Assembly: GCA_963701385.1 (NCBI GenBank)
Contig: CAVOZW010000027.1
Location: forward strand, 132,602-196,601
DNA from: an uncultured delta proteobacterium
GTDB taxonomy: Bacteria > Desulfobacterota > Desulfobacteria > Desulfobacterales > B30-G6
Length of the DNA stretch: 64,000 bases
Reading direction: 5' to 3'
Shown: piece after piece, positions 16,733-26,223 of the stretch
How positions within the stretch are numbered: position 1 is the first letter of the stretch
How the letters are laid out: every line of letters begins with the position of its first letter
Position numbers and translations under genes: made by a program
The notes under the pieces: generated by a model
What the model was told of the DNA's origin: nothing
Seen by the model: the letters and a program-made list of their open reading frames with translations, nothing else
Databases searched by the model: none

Positions 16733-19672
16733 ATGGATCGTCGGACCTTTCTGAAAATAGCCGGTATGGGAAGCCTGGCCTTTGCGTCTTCTTGTAGCCC
16801 AGAAGGAGACAAGAAACTCTTCTCCCTGGTACGGGCTCCCGAGGACATGGTTACGGGAAACGCCAGTTGGTATGCTTCCACGTGTCGGGAATGCCCGGCC
16901 GGATGTGGTATCCTTGCCAAAAATCGTGAAGGTCGGATCATCAAACTGGAAGGGAACCCGCTACATCCCATCAACCAGGGCAAGCTCTGTATGCGTGGGC
17001 AGGCCGCTCTGCAGGGAATCTATCATTCGAGCCGACTCAAGGTGCCTCTGTTAAAAAGGGATGGCCGGTTTCAGGCCCTTTCATTTTCTGAAGCAGCATC
17101 TCTTTTGAGAGCGCGGACGACGGCTGCCGGAAGTGGATCGAATCGTGTGCGCATGCTGACGGAAACCACCGGCCTCAACCTCATGCAATTGCTCACCGAT
17201 GCATTGCAACACCTGAACAGCCCGCCACCGCTTGTGTTCGAACCCTATGCCTATGAATCTTTGAAAACCGCCAACGCGCTGGTATTCGGCGTCGATGGCC
17301 TGGCATCTTACCACATGCAACAGGCAGATCTTGTGGTTTCTTTTGGCGCCGATTTTCTGGAAACCTGGCTGTCACCGGTGGAATACGCCTGGAAATTCAA
17401 AGCCATGCACGCCCACCGGACCGACACCAAAAACACCTTTTTCCACGTCAGCTCTTTTCAGTCTTTGACCGGTGCCAACGCTGACCACTGGATTGCCTGC
17501 AATCCCGGAAGCGAAAGCCTCTTGAGCCTCGGTCTGGTCAAGGCTGCTCTGGCTGCCGGTAAGGGTCAAGCATTGTCCAGCGCATTTACGCAGACCCTAA
17601 CCGCGGCCCTGGCACCCTTTACACGGGATCGACTTCTGCAGCAGTCCGGGATATCGCCCTCGGCGTTTGACACGCTTGCAGACCGAATCATGCGCGCACA
17701 ACGACCGCTCGTTCTCGGAGCAGATACCGGCGCCGCCGACACCCATGGATTAATGACCCAGATAGGTGCCAATCTGCTCAATCTACTGTTGGACCCCGAA
17801 CTTCATCTGCTCGACTTTAGCCAACGCCACCGGGTGGAAATGGCAGCCAGGCGCTCGGATGTCATGAAATTTTTCGACACATTTGACGACGACAACGTTG
17901 AACTGCTGCTGATCAATAATGCCAACCCTATCTTTGGCATGTCATCCGACGGTACCGTGAAAAAAGCCCTTGAAAGGAGCGACCGCTTTGTGGTCTGCTT
18001 CAGCAATTTTCTCGACGAAACCACTGCCTCAGCGGACCTGATTTTTCCGGTGCGGATGCCCCTCGAGGCCTGGGACGAATACGGCGGCAAAAGCGGCATG
18101 ACATCGACCCAGCAGCCGGCCATGGGCAAGCTGACCCAAGCCCCGCATCTGGGGGATGTGATGCTGAAAACCTGCTTCGCACCAGGATATCCATTCCAGA
18201 CATACAAGGATCACCTGGTTTCCATGCTGGCCGACACCTTTGAGATATCGAATGAATACACCTGGGCCAAAACCCTTCAGCGGGGGGGCCACTTTGACCC
18301 GCCCAATTCGCCCATTGACCTGCGGCAACCGCCCAGGAAAGACAGCATTGCGCGTCTGCTTGCACAACACGTTGATTTGAAACCAGCGGAGCTGACATTT
18401 ACGGCCACGCCCTCCATCCGTTTTTTTGACGGGCGGGGTGCCAACAAACCCTGGCTCTGCGAAATACCGGATCCGTTGTACCGTATCGCGTGGCAGACGC
18501 CCGTGGTCATGCATCCTGAAACCGCGCGTGCCAACGATATCGAACACGAAGATGTCATCGGCATTGAATCTACCTTCGGCAGCCTGGACGCACCCGTGGT
18601 TCTTTCCGAGCTGGTGATGCCGGGGCTTTTGCTCATGAACATCGGGCAGGGCCACCAGGCCTTGGGCAAGGAAATGGCATCCGCGGGCTTGAACCCCCTG
18701 CAATTACTTTCTCCCGCGGCTCACAAGCATTCCGGCGGTGCAGACTTCAATGCAAGAGATATCAAGATTCGCAAAACAGGCCGTTCCATGAAACTGGCCA
18801 GCACCTCCGGCAGTCTGACGCAGCACGGGCGGACCCTGGCCCTTTCCGTTACGCTGGCGGAATTGCAAGACGGAAAACCGCCGGCCAAATCCGGCCTCAC
18901 CATGAATGATTTTCCCCTCACCCTCCCGTTGCCCGAAGGTTATGATCCCAAACGGGATGTATACCCAGCGCATGACCACGACACCTATCGCTGGGGCATG
19001 GTGGTGGACCTCGACAAATGCATCGGTTGCGGCGCATGTACTGCAGCCTGCTACGCCGAAAACAATATCGGGATCGTGGGAGAAAAGCGCATCCTGGAAG
19101 GCCGCGAGATGGCATGGATAAGTGTCGAACGCTACCATGCCTCCGACCGAATGGAAAAGGTGACCTTTCTGCCCATGATGTGCCAGCATTGCGACAACGC
19201 CCCGTGTGAGTCGGTCTGCCCGGTGTATGCCCCACACCATTCCAAGGAAGGCTTGAACAATCAGATTTATAACCGTTGCATCGGCACCCGCTACTGCGTG
19301 CAGAACTGCCCTTACAAGGTACGCCGCTTCAACTGGTTTACCTGGGAATGGCCCAAACCCATGAACCTTCAGCTCAACCCGGATGTCACCGTGCGCAGCA
19401 AAGGCGTCATGGAAAAATGTTCCTTCTGTATCCAACGCATCAAAACAGCCCATAACATTGCCAAGAATGAAAGCCGATTGATCCGGGATGGTGAAGTGGC
19501 ACCGGCCTGTGTACAGACCTGCCCCACCAATGCCCTCGTATTCGGCAACCTGATGGACAAAACCAGCCGCGTTCGGAAATTGACCGAAAATCCCCGTGCT
19601 TACCAGGCCTTGGGGTACCTCAATACCAAACCGGCCGTAATTTATTTGAAAAAGGTGATCCAGGAGATATGA
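16733..19672 (+). CDS. actB: Alternative Complex III subunit ActB (fused molybdopterin-like and 4Fe-4S ferredoxin modules), Tat-exported
   Basis: 'MDRRTFLKIAGMG' Tat signal. 'CRECPAGCGILAKNREGRIIKLEGNPLHPINQGKLCMRG' cluster motif. C-terminal 'CIGCGACTAAC', 'CQHCDNAPCESVCP', 'CIGTRYCVQNCP' and 'CSFCIQR...CVQTCP' motifs. Confidence 0.85.
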   Translation: MDRRTFLKIAGMGSLAFASSCSPEGDKKLFSLVRAPEDMVTGNASWYASTCRECPAGCGILAKNREGRIIKLEGNPLHPINQGKLCMRGQAALQGIYHSSRLKVPLLKRDGRFQALSFSEAASLLRARTTAAGSGSNRVRMLTETTGLNLMQLLTDALQHLNSPPPLVFEPYAYESLKTANALVFGVDGLASYHMQQADLVVSFGADFLETWLSPVEYAWKFKAMHAHRTDTKNTFFHVSSFQSLTGANADHWIACNPGSESLLSLGLVKAALAAGKGQALSSAFTQTLTAALAPFTRDRLLQQSGISPSAFDTLADRIMRAQRPLVLGADTGAADTHGLMTQIGANLLNLLLDPELHLLDFSQRHRVEMAARRSDVMKFFDTFDDDNVELLLINNANPIFGMSSDGTVKKALERSDRFVVCFSNFLDETTASADLIFPVRMPLEAWDEYGGKSGMTSTQQPAMGKLTQAPHLGDVMLKTCFAPGYPFQTYKDHLVSMLADTFEISNEYTWAKTLQRGGHFDPPNSPIDLRQPPRKDSIARLLAQHVDLKPAELTFTATPSIRFFDGRGANKPWLCEIPDPLYRIAWQTPVVMHPETARANDIEHEDVIGIESTFGSLDAPVVLSELVMPGLLLMNIGQGHQALGKEMASAGLNPLQLLSPAAHKHSGGADFNARDIKIRKTGRSMKLASTSGSLTQHGRTLALSVTLAELQDGKPPAKSGLTMNDFPLTLPLPEGYDPKRDVYPAHDHDTYRWGMVVDLDKCIGCGACTAACYAENNIGIVGEKRILEGREMAWISVERYHASDRMEKVTFLPMMCQHCDNAPCESVCPVYAPHHSKEGLNNQIYNRCIGTRYCVQNCPYKVRRFNWFTWEWPKPMNLQLNPDVTVRSKGVMEKCSFCIQRIKTAHNIAKNESRLIRDGEVAPACVQTCPTNALVFGNLMDKTSRVRKLTENPRAYQALGYLNTKPAVIYLKKVIQEI

Positions 19673-20985
19673 ACCAGCTCAGCTACGCAACAATCGATCA
19701 AACCATTCTGGACACGCTCACACCCCCGAAACGGATCTACTGGGTCATTCTGCTCTTGCTTCTCGCGGGTGTTCTGGTAGGAGCCGCCTGCTGGACGTAC
19801 CAGATTTTTGTGGGCATCGGGGTGGGAGGTCAAAACAATCCGGTGGCCTGGGGAACCTATCTGATCAACTTTGTATTCTGGGTCGGTATCGCCCACTCGG
19901 GCACCTTGATCTCTGCCATTCTACATCTCTTCAGGGCCGGGTGGCGTAATCCCATAGCAAGGGCAGCGGAAACCATGACCGTTTTTGCGGTCTGCGTCGC
20001 AGGCTTGTTTCCATTCATCCATCTGGGACGTGCATGGCAGGTGTATTACATGCTCCCGATACCGAATCAGAGGCTTCTGTGGCCCAATTTCCTCTCACCG
20101 CTCATGTTCGACGTGATTGCCATCAGCACATATCTCACCGTGAGTTCCCTGTTCTGGTACACAGGCATGTTGCCGGACCTGGCAGCCGTGCGGGACCGGT
20201 CCACGGGAACCCGCCACAAGATATTTTCCTTTCTCTCCTTTGGCTGGTCAGGTGCGCACGAACAGTGGCGCCATTTCACCCGCGGGTATCTCTTCTTTGC
20301 GGCGCTGGCAACCCCGCTGGTTATCTCCGTCCACAGCGTCGTGTCCTGGGATTTTGCCCTGGGAATCGTTCCCGGATGGCACACCACGATCTTTGCACCC
20401 TACTTTGTGGCCGGCGCTATCCATTCCGGCCTGGCCATGGTCCTGACCCTGATGATCCCCTTGCGCCGGCTGTTCAAATACGAGGACATCATTACCATGG
20501 AAGTCCTGCAGAATGTGGCCAAGACCATCGTTTTAACCGGCTTGATTGTCGGCCTGGCCTACGGAACCGAATATTTTATCGCCTGGTACAGCCACAACAG
20601 TATTGAGATGGAACAATTTCGCTGGCGGGCTCTGGGCGATTACCGCTGGGGATTCTACTTCATGGTTCTCTGCAATACGCTGGTGCCACTCCTCTTTTTG
20701 TTTAAAAAGGTCCGCACCACCATTGCATCACTTTTTATCATATCACTCATCGTAAATTTCGGCATGTGGTGGGAACGTTTCGTCATTATCGTGGGCGGGG
20801 TTGCCCACGGGTTTGCACCGCATGCATGGGGACTCTACCGGCCCACGATGATCGAGTTCGGTATCATGCTCGGTGCGTTCTGCCTCTTTTTCTTTTTGTT
20901 TCTGTTGTTTGCAAAACACTTGCCATCCGTTTCCATGACCGAGATGAAAGAGACCCTCGAAGGAGGCCACGACCATGTCGCTTGA
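19669..20985 (+). CDS. actC: ACIII subunit ActC (NrfD/PsrC-like quinol-interacting membrane subunit)
   Basis: ATGA overlap with actB. About 10 TM segments. NrfD-like 'WGTYLINFVFWVGIAHSGTLISAIL'. Confidence 0.8.
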   Translation: MNQLSYATIDQTILDTLTPPKRIYWVILLLLLAGVLVGAACWTYQIFVGIGVGGQNNPVAWGTYLINFVFWVGIAHSGTLISAILHLFRAGWRNPIARAAETMTVFAVCVAGLFPFIHLGRAWQVYYMLPIPNQRLLWPNFLSPLMFDVIAISTYLTVSSLFWYTGMLPDLAAVRDRSTGTRHKIFSFLSFGWSGAHEQWRHFTRGYLFFAALATPLVISVHSVVSWDFALGIVPGWHTTIFAPYFVAGAIHSGLAMVLTLMIPLRRLFKYEDIITMEVLQNVAKTIVLTGLIVGLAYGTEYFIAWYSHNSIEMEQFRWRALGDYRWGFYFMVLCNTLVPLLFLFKKVRTTIASLFIISLIVNFGMWWERFVIIVGGVAHGFAPHAWGLYRPTMIEFGIMLGAFCLFFFLFLLFAKHLPSVSMTEMKETLEGGHDHVA

Positions 20986-21496
20986 ACGACATATCATGGG
21001 ACTTTTTAAAAATGAAGATCACGTGGTTTCGACGGTAGCGGCGTTGGAAACATCCCCGTATGAATTCATACGCGTCAACACCCCCATCCCGAGCCATAAG
21101 ATCATGCAGGCCCTGAATTTGAAGAAGAGCAAGGTGGGCTGGTTTACCCTCTGCGGCGGAATTATAGGATTTCTGAGCGGGTTTGGCCTGGCCGCTTTCA
21201 CCGCCACGCGCTGGGACCTGATTGTCAGCGGCAAACCCATCATGGCCATTATTCCCTTCGTGGTGGTGGGATTTGAAGCCACCATTCTTTTTGCCGTGTT
21301 CGGAAACGTGATCGGTCTTCTGACCCAGATGCGAATGCCGAACAACAAATGGCTGCAGTATTATGATCCGCGTTGTTCCGGGGAACACTTTGGTGTTCTG
21401 GCTGCCTGTAAAGCCCATCAGGAAAACGACCTGGAAGATTTCTTTAGACAACGGGGTGCGGAAGTAAAAACATTCAATCAGTTCAACACGGAATAG
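20975..21496 (+). CDS. actD: ACIII subunit ActD (DUF3341)
   Basis: 11-nt overlap with actC. 'GLFKNEDHVVSTVAALE', then two TM helices ('WFTLCGGIIGFLSGFGLAAF'). Confidence 0.75.
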   Translation: MSLERHIMGLFKNEDHVVSTVAALETSPYEFIRVNTPIPSHKIMQALNLKKSKVGWFTLCGGIIGFLSGFGLAAFTATRWDLIVSGKPIMAIIPFVVVGFEATILFAVFGNVIGLLTQMRMPNNKWLQYYDPRCSGEHFGVLAACKAHQENDLEDFFRQRGAEVKTFNQFNTE

Positions 21497-21502
21497 ACCC
21501 AC

Positions 21503-22720
21503 ATGATGGATGTCGACATAAGCCAACCCAGCGCCCTCAAAAAGACCCCTGCATTCTGGGTGTTCGTTGCCCTGTTCATTGTGGGAGCAGTGACCTTTCT
21601 GTGGGGCTTGACCAGCCATCATCCTCAAAATGCCTGGCAGGCTTATCTGATCAATTTTCTGCTCTGGTCGGCCATCGCCCAGGGGGCGTTGTTGTTCTCG
21701 GCGGTCATGCACATGACCAAAGCGCGCTGGAGTGGTCCGCTTTCGGGTCTCTCGGAATCCTTTGCGTCATTTTTCCCGATTTCCTTTGTGCTCTTTCTGA
21801 TTCTCTTTATGGGGAAAAATCACATTTTCCCCTGGATCCACGAGGATTTGCACGGCAAGGAAATCTGGCTCAATATTCCCTTTCTCTTTGCCCGGGACGG
21901 TATGGGCCTCCTCATTCTGTATCTTCTGGGTTTCGGGTTTCTGTTTCAAACCTTACAGCTCAAACTGGGCGGCCATGAGCCCAAGGGCAGGATTCGTCAG
22001 GCAATTTATAAACTTTGGCAAAAAAAGAACCTTCCGCCGGAAAAGATCCGTCAGAAAATGACCGTCTGGGGGGGGCTCTATATTCTGGCATTTGCCCTTG
22101 TTTTAAGCCTCATGGGGTTCGATCTCGTCATGAGCATGGATCCGCATTGGGTCTCCACCCTCTTTGGCGCATACCATTTTGTCAAAGCCTTTTTTGTAGG
22201 ACTTGGAGGGTTGATCATTCTTGCGGCGATCGTACACACCCGCAATGGTGACAGCTCCCCCTTGACTTCCGCCCACTTCCATGACATCGGCAAGCTCTTT
22301 TTCGGCTTCTGCCTGTTGTGGGCCGATTTCTTCTATGTCCAGCTGCTGGTCATCTACTACGGCAATATCCCAGAAGAGACCTATTATGTGATTACCCGTA
22401 CCATGCTGGCACCCTGGAACAAGCTGGCATGGATGGTTTTTTTGGTTTGTTTTATCGGTCCATTCTTTGTGCTGCTGAACAAACACGTGAAAACACGACC
22501 CGTATTCATGGCCACGATATGTGCCATTGTCATCACCGGGATCTGGTTCGAGCATTTGCTCCTGCTGGGGCCGGCATTGAACCACGGCGCATCATCCATT
22601 TCCCTGGGTCTATCAGACGGATTGATATCCCTGGGTTTTTTTGGACTCATGGCTTTGGCCATCCAATTTTTTTTGGGGGTCTTTCCGGAACTGTCCGGAA
22701 ATGAGAGGGCTGAACGTTGA
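21503..22720 (+). CDS. actF: ACIII subunit ActF-like membrane protein
   Basis: Polytopic. 'AWQAYLINFLLWSAIAQGALLFSAVMHMTKARW' parallels the ActC motif. It sits in the expected position after actD. Confidence 0.65.
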   Translation: MMDVDISQPSALKKTPAFWVFVALFIVGAVTFLWGLTSHHPQNAWQAYLINFLLWSAIAQGALLFSAVMHMTKARWSGPLSGLSESFASFFPISFVLFLILFMGKNHIFPWIHEDLHGKEIWLNIPFLFARDGMGLLILYLLGFGFLFQTLQLKLGGHEPKGRIRQAIYKLWQKKNLPPEKIRQKMTVWGGLYILAFALVLSLMGFDLVMSMDPHWVSTLFGAYHFVKAFFVGLGGLIILAAIVHTRNGDSSPLTSAHFHDIGKLFFGFCLLWADFFYVQLLVIYYGNIPEETYYVITRTMLAPWNKLAWMVFLVCFIGPFFVLLNKHVKTRPVFMATICAIVITGIWFEHLLLLGPALNHGASSISLGLSDGLISLGFFGLMALAIQFFLGVFPELSGNERAER

Positions 22721-23229
22721 ATAAAAACAAAACAGCCATTCTTTTAATCGTGTTGACGCTGATTTTTACGGGCGGCTTCCTGTTTCTATTCTATGACGCA
22801 TCGTCCGATGCCATGGGGCCGGAACAACCCATACCCTTCAGCCACAATGTTCACAGCGGTATTAAGCAGATACAGTGTCAGTACTGCCACCCCTATGTGG
22901 CCTACTCCAATTTTCCGGGTATACCGCCGGTGGAAAAGTGCCTGCACTGCCACAACTACATCATTGCCAAACATCCGTGGATACAGGAGGAACACCGCTA
23001 TTTCAATACCGGAAGCCCGACGCCATGGGAAAAGGTCAACTATGTGGCCGAGCACGTTCTATTCAACCACCAGCGGCACATCAACAAAAAAATTGCCTGT
23101 CAGGAGTGCCATGGTCAGGTGCAGAACCAGCAGCGTCTGCCCGCCAAAATCTGGCGTATGGGCGTGTGCGTCGAATGCCATCAGAAAAAGGGTGCCAATC
23201 TGGACTGCTGGTTGGCGTGTCACAGCTAA
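22717..23229 (+). CDS. actA: Membrane-anchored multihaem cytochrome c (ActA-like)
   Basis: TTG start overlapping the actF stop (TTGA). N-terminal TM segment. Haem motifs CQYCH, CLHCH, CQECH and CVECH, plus a terminal CWLACH. Confidence 0.7.
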   Translation: MNKNKTAILLIVLTLIFTGGFLFLFYDASSDAMGPEQPIPFSHNVHSGIKQIQCQYCHPYVAYSNFPGIPPVEKCLHCHNYIIAKHPWIQEEHRYFNTGSPTPWEKVNYVAEHVLFNHQRHINKKIACQECHGQVQNQQRLPAKIWRMGVCVECHQKKGANLDCWLACHS

Positions 23230-23243
23230 ACCAAGGAGTGACT

Positions 23244-24617
23244 TTGTCTAGCGAGGAAACTGAAAAAAAAGTTTACCAAAATCAGACCGCCAGAGCCTTT
23301 ATCTTGACGTCTGCCTCCTGGTTCGCCGTGGCCACCACGTTCGGGCTTATGGCCGCAGGATACCTGATGGCGCCCGACTTCATGGCCAATATCGAATTTA
23401 TTCACTTCGGACGCCTGCGCCCCATGCATGTCAACGCTGTGCTGTTCGGATTTGTGACCCCCGGCCTGCTGGCAGTTGCCTTTTATTACTTGCCCAGACT
23501 GCTGCGCACTGAACTCTATAGCCACAAGCTGGGTGTCCTGACTGCCATTTACTGGAACATAACCTTGACGGTGGGCATGGTCGGTGTTTCCCTGGGGCAC
23601 ACCCAGGGCCGGGAGTATGCAGAACTGCCGTGGATCGTGGACATCATGGTGGTCATCGCCTTCTCTTTGGTGGTCATCAACCTGCTCATGACCATCGCCA
23701 AGCGCAAAGAGCCCATCCTGTATGTTTCCATCTGGTATGCCATGTCGGCGGTCATCCTCACGGCCTGTACCTATTGTCTCGGAAATGTTATCTGGAAACC
23801 GGATACCGGTGCGCTGGTGGGTATCCCCGATGCAATTCTGTTGTGGTTTTATGGCCACAACATCTTCGGTCTCCTGTTATCCCCCATGGCACTGGGTGTG
23901 GCCTATTATGTTCTGCCCATCGCCACCCGCAGACCGCTTTACAGTCACACCATGTCTCTGGTGGGGTTCTGGTCGCTCATCATTGTCTATACCCATGTGG
24001 GAACCCATCACCTGCTCCAGGTACCGGTACCCACCTGGTTGAAAACCATCTCCATTGTGGACAGCGTGGCCATGGTTATTCCGGTTATGATTGTATTGAT
24101 CAATCTCTGGTACACGGTCAAAGGCAAGTTGGGGGATATTCACGCAGACGTAGGCGCCAAGTTCGTATTCACCGGAACCATCTATTATTTCTTCGTCAAC
24201 ATGCAAGGATCCATGATGGCCCTGCCGCATGTCCAGCGCATCACCCACTTTAATAACTGGGTTGTGGGGCATGCACATATCGGTGTACTCGGATTTGCCG
24301 GTATCACAGCCCTGGGCGGTATCTATTTCATTCTACCCAGAATGACCGGCAAACCGCTTTACAGCAGATTCCTCGCGGACTTGCAATACTGGCTGGTCCT
24401 GATCGGGATCACCGGCTTTGCTGTGGTTCTCACCACCGTGGGTCTGATTCAGGGGAATGCCTGGTATAACGGTGAAACGCTCTACCGGACACTGCCTGAA
24501 ATTCAGCCCTACTATATATTAAGGGCTTCTTTGGGCACCTTGATCATGCTAGGCGCTTATCTTGGATTGTACAACGTGGTTCGATCCCTGTATTTCAATC
24601 GTGGAGCTTCAACATGA
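23244..24617 (+). CDS. ccoN: cbb3-type cytochrome c oxidase subunit I (CcoN)
   Basis: TTG start with AAGGAG 7 nt upstream. The listed ORF start at 22875 overlaps actA and is an artefact. 'FGRLRPMHVNAVLFGFV' and 'NWVVGHAHIGVLGFAG' are CcoN-type motifs. About 12 TM segments. Confidence 0.85.
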   Translation: MSSEETEKKVYQNQTARAFILTSASWFAVATTFGLMAAGYLMAPDFMANIEFIHFGRLRPMHVNAVLFGFVTPGLLAVAFYYLPRLLRTELYSHKLGVLTAIYWNITLTVGMVGVSLGHTQGREYAELPWIVDIMVVIAFSLVVINLLMTIAKRKEPILYVSIWYAMSAVILTACTYCLGNVIWKPDTGALVGIPDAILLWFYGHNIFGLLLSPMALGVAYYVLPIATRRPLYSHTMSLVGFWSLIIVYTHVGTHHLLQVPVPTWLKTISIVDSVAMVIPVMIVLINLWYTVKGKLGDIHADVGAKFVFTGTIYYFFVNMQGSMMALPHVQRITHFNNWVVGHAHIGVLGFAGITALGGIYFILPRMTGKPLYSRFLADLQYWLVLIGITGFAVVLTTVGLIQGNAWYNGETLYRTLPEIQPYYILRASLGTLIMLGAYLGLYNVVRSLYFNRGAST

Positions 24618-25546
24618 AGATGACGCCAACCGTCATCATTGTCGGTATTCTGTCGCTGCTGACGGCCATTACCCTGACCATTGTCTATTGGCCGTATGCG
24701 ACACGTATTACGGAGCCTTCTGAAATTTTCCGCCAACGGATGCCAATGGAGATCGCCGGACGCAAAATCTACCTGGAAAACGGCTGCGTTTATTGTCACA
24801 GCCAGTCCATTCGTTCCATCGACTGGGGCCACGGTGCAGATCGAATTGCCCAGCCCGGTGACTATATTGCCGATGAACCCATTGCACTGGGGTCTCAGCG
24901 TACCGGTGTCGACCTCTCCCAGGAAGGCGGCGAACACCCGGACGATTGGCATATAGCCCATTTTATCAACCCGCGCTACACCCGCCCGGCTTCCATCATG
25001 CCACCTTTTGAGTGGCTGGGCACGGCGCGCATCCAGACCTTGACCCAATACGTGCAGAGCCTGGGATTCAAGAATGCGGACAAACGCATGCAGCGGCAGC
25101 GCTACTGGAAAAAAGAATCCATTTCAGCCTACGAAGCCGGACCCGATGTCAATGCCCAATGGCTGTCCGATATCACGCCCCAGGGTTGGCGAAACATCCC
25201 CAACCCATACCCAACCTCCACCGCTAGTCTGCAGCGTGGTCGAAAAATATATCAGTATTTCTGTATCGGCTGTCATGGGCCCATTGGTGACGGTATGGGG
25301 CCGGCACAGCCCTGGATCTATCCACCGCCCTTGAATTTTACCGTGCTAAAGGGAAGAAACATATCAGGCGGCATTCTTTACTACCAGATTATGAACGGCA
25401 TCACCGGAACGGCCATGCCCTATTTTAAGCGTGATCTGGAATCACAGAAAATTTGGGAAGTGGGCGACTATGTCGCGGTCTATTTTATCAATCAAAGCGA
25501 TGCCAACGCAGAACCGCGGGGTATCGATTCGGCGTGGGAACCCTAA
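24614..25546 (+). CDS. ccoO: Fused cbb3 oxidase cytochrome c subunits (CcoO domain plus a C-terminal CcoP-like monohaem domain)
   Basis: ATGA overlap with ccoN. 'GRKIYLENGCVYCHSQ' and 'WHIAHFINPRYTRPASIMPPF' are CcoO-type. The second haem site is 'GRKIYQYFCIGCHG...GTAMPYF'. Confidence 0.8.
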   Translation: MKMTPTVIIVGILSLLTAITLTIVYWPYATRITEPSEIFRQRMPMEIAGRKIYLENGCVYCHSQSIRSIDWGHGADRIAQPGDYIADEPIALGSQRTGVDLSQEGGEHPDDWHIAHFINPRYTRPASIMPPFEWLGTARIQTLTQYVQSLGFKNADKRMQRQRYWKKESISAYEAGPDVNAQWLSDITPQGWRNIPNPYPTSTASLQRGRKIYQYFCIGCHGPIGDGMGPAQPWIYPPPLNFTVLKGRNISGGILYYQIMNGITGTAMPYFKRDLESQKIWEVGDYVAVYFINQSDANAEPRGIDSAWEP

Positions 25547-25676
25547 GGGCAGGGTCCAAGGGTGATACAAGGGTTGCAGGGTAAGCCCTAAGGCTGTGAG
25601 CTAAAAACAACCCAACAAACTCAATGAACTAAAGATCTCTCGAATCCTTTAAATAAAATAAGACAGGAAAACGGTC

Positions 25677-25937
25677 ATGTACTTCCCCTATTACATCGCC
25701 TACATGACGGCCGGATTTGTCATCACCCTGGTGGTGTTCTTCTGGGCCTTGAACCAGGGTCAATTCAAGGACCAGGATCGCGCACGCTTTTTGCCGCTGG
25801 AGGCCGATGGCAATAGCAAGTCTTTAAAGGCTTCACGCTTTGCCCGTATGGAAACCATCGCGCTGTTTGCCCTGGTGGGTGTCGGCTTGGCAGCATCGGC
25901 GGCAGTTGTTACCTTTGCACTCTACAAGGCCTTATAA
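25677..25937 (+). CDS. ccoS: CcoS/FixS-like cbb3 oxidase maturation protein with an extra C-terminal TM helix
   Basis: 'YMTAGFVITLVVFFWALNQGQFKDQDRARFLPL' matches the CcoS pattern. At 86 aa it is longer than the usual 50-70 aa. Confidence 0.7.
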   Translation: MYFPYYIAYMTAGFVITLVVFFWALNQGQFKDQDRARFLPLEADGNSKSLKASRFARMETIALFALVGVGLAASAAVVTFALYKAL

Positions 25938-25947
25938 GGATAAGACG

Positions 25948-26223
25948 ATGAGATATTTCGAACTTCTGGGGGTTCAGCATTATATCATGTATCTGTTCCC
26001 CGCTATTGTGTTCGCACTGCTGTTTGCCATCGGCCTCGGATTTTATCACTTCCGAACCAAGGATGCTGCGGATCGCGAAAATCGCATCATCGAAGAATTT
26101 CCCGACGGCATCCAAGGTCGCAACGCCCCGTTTCCGGCCATCGCCTACGTGACCATTGCAGGAACCCTCGTCTGGGTGTTGGCGTATATACTGACGATAG
26201 GTTTAATGGAGATGAACATTTGA
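25948..26223 (+). CDS. Small two-TM membrane protein, unknown function (91 aa)
   Basis: ATG 10 nt after the ccoS stop. There are hydrophobic helices at both ends. Confidence 0.5.
   Translation: MRYFELLGVQHYIMYLFPAIVFALLFAIGLGFYHFRTKDAADRENRIIEEFPDGIQGRNAPFPAIAYVTIAGTLVWVLAYILTIGLMEMNI

Noticed and set aside
16440-16754. A 104-aa plus-strand ORF upstream of, and overlapping, actB.
   Set aside because: It has a non-ATG start, no RBS and no recognisable sequence. It spans the putative promoter region and runs into actB, so it is probably spurious.
17081-19560. Many minus-strand ORFs of 60-250 aa inside actB (for example 18029-18703 and 18704-19453). Similar antisense or off-frame ORFs lie inside the other long genes: 4088-5101, 6857-7507, 7794-8498, 12697-13251, 20864-21712, 27854-28963, 39605-40341, 41054-41824, 47067-47942 and 50842-51867.
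   Set aside because: These are typical shadow ORFs of GC-rich coding regions. Their sequences are Arg/Gly/His-rich and low in complexity, they have no RBS, and each is fully nested in a gene with strong family motifs.
22875-23243. The listed 580-aa ORF gives CcoN a 123-codon N-terminal extension.
   Set aside because: This part overlaps the actA-like gene in another frame and has no CcoN similarity. A TTG at 23244 with an AAGGAG RBS gives a normal-length CcoN.
25547-25676. A G-rich AGGG-repeat stretch (GGGCAGGGTCCAAGGGTGATACAAGGGTTGCAGGGTAAGCCC) between ccoO/P and ccoS. It could be a G-quadruplex or a relative of the GGGTCCAG repeats at 32.6 kb.
   Set aside because: I could not define a consistent repeat unit or stem. 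The similarity to the 32.6-kb repeats is only compositional.
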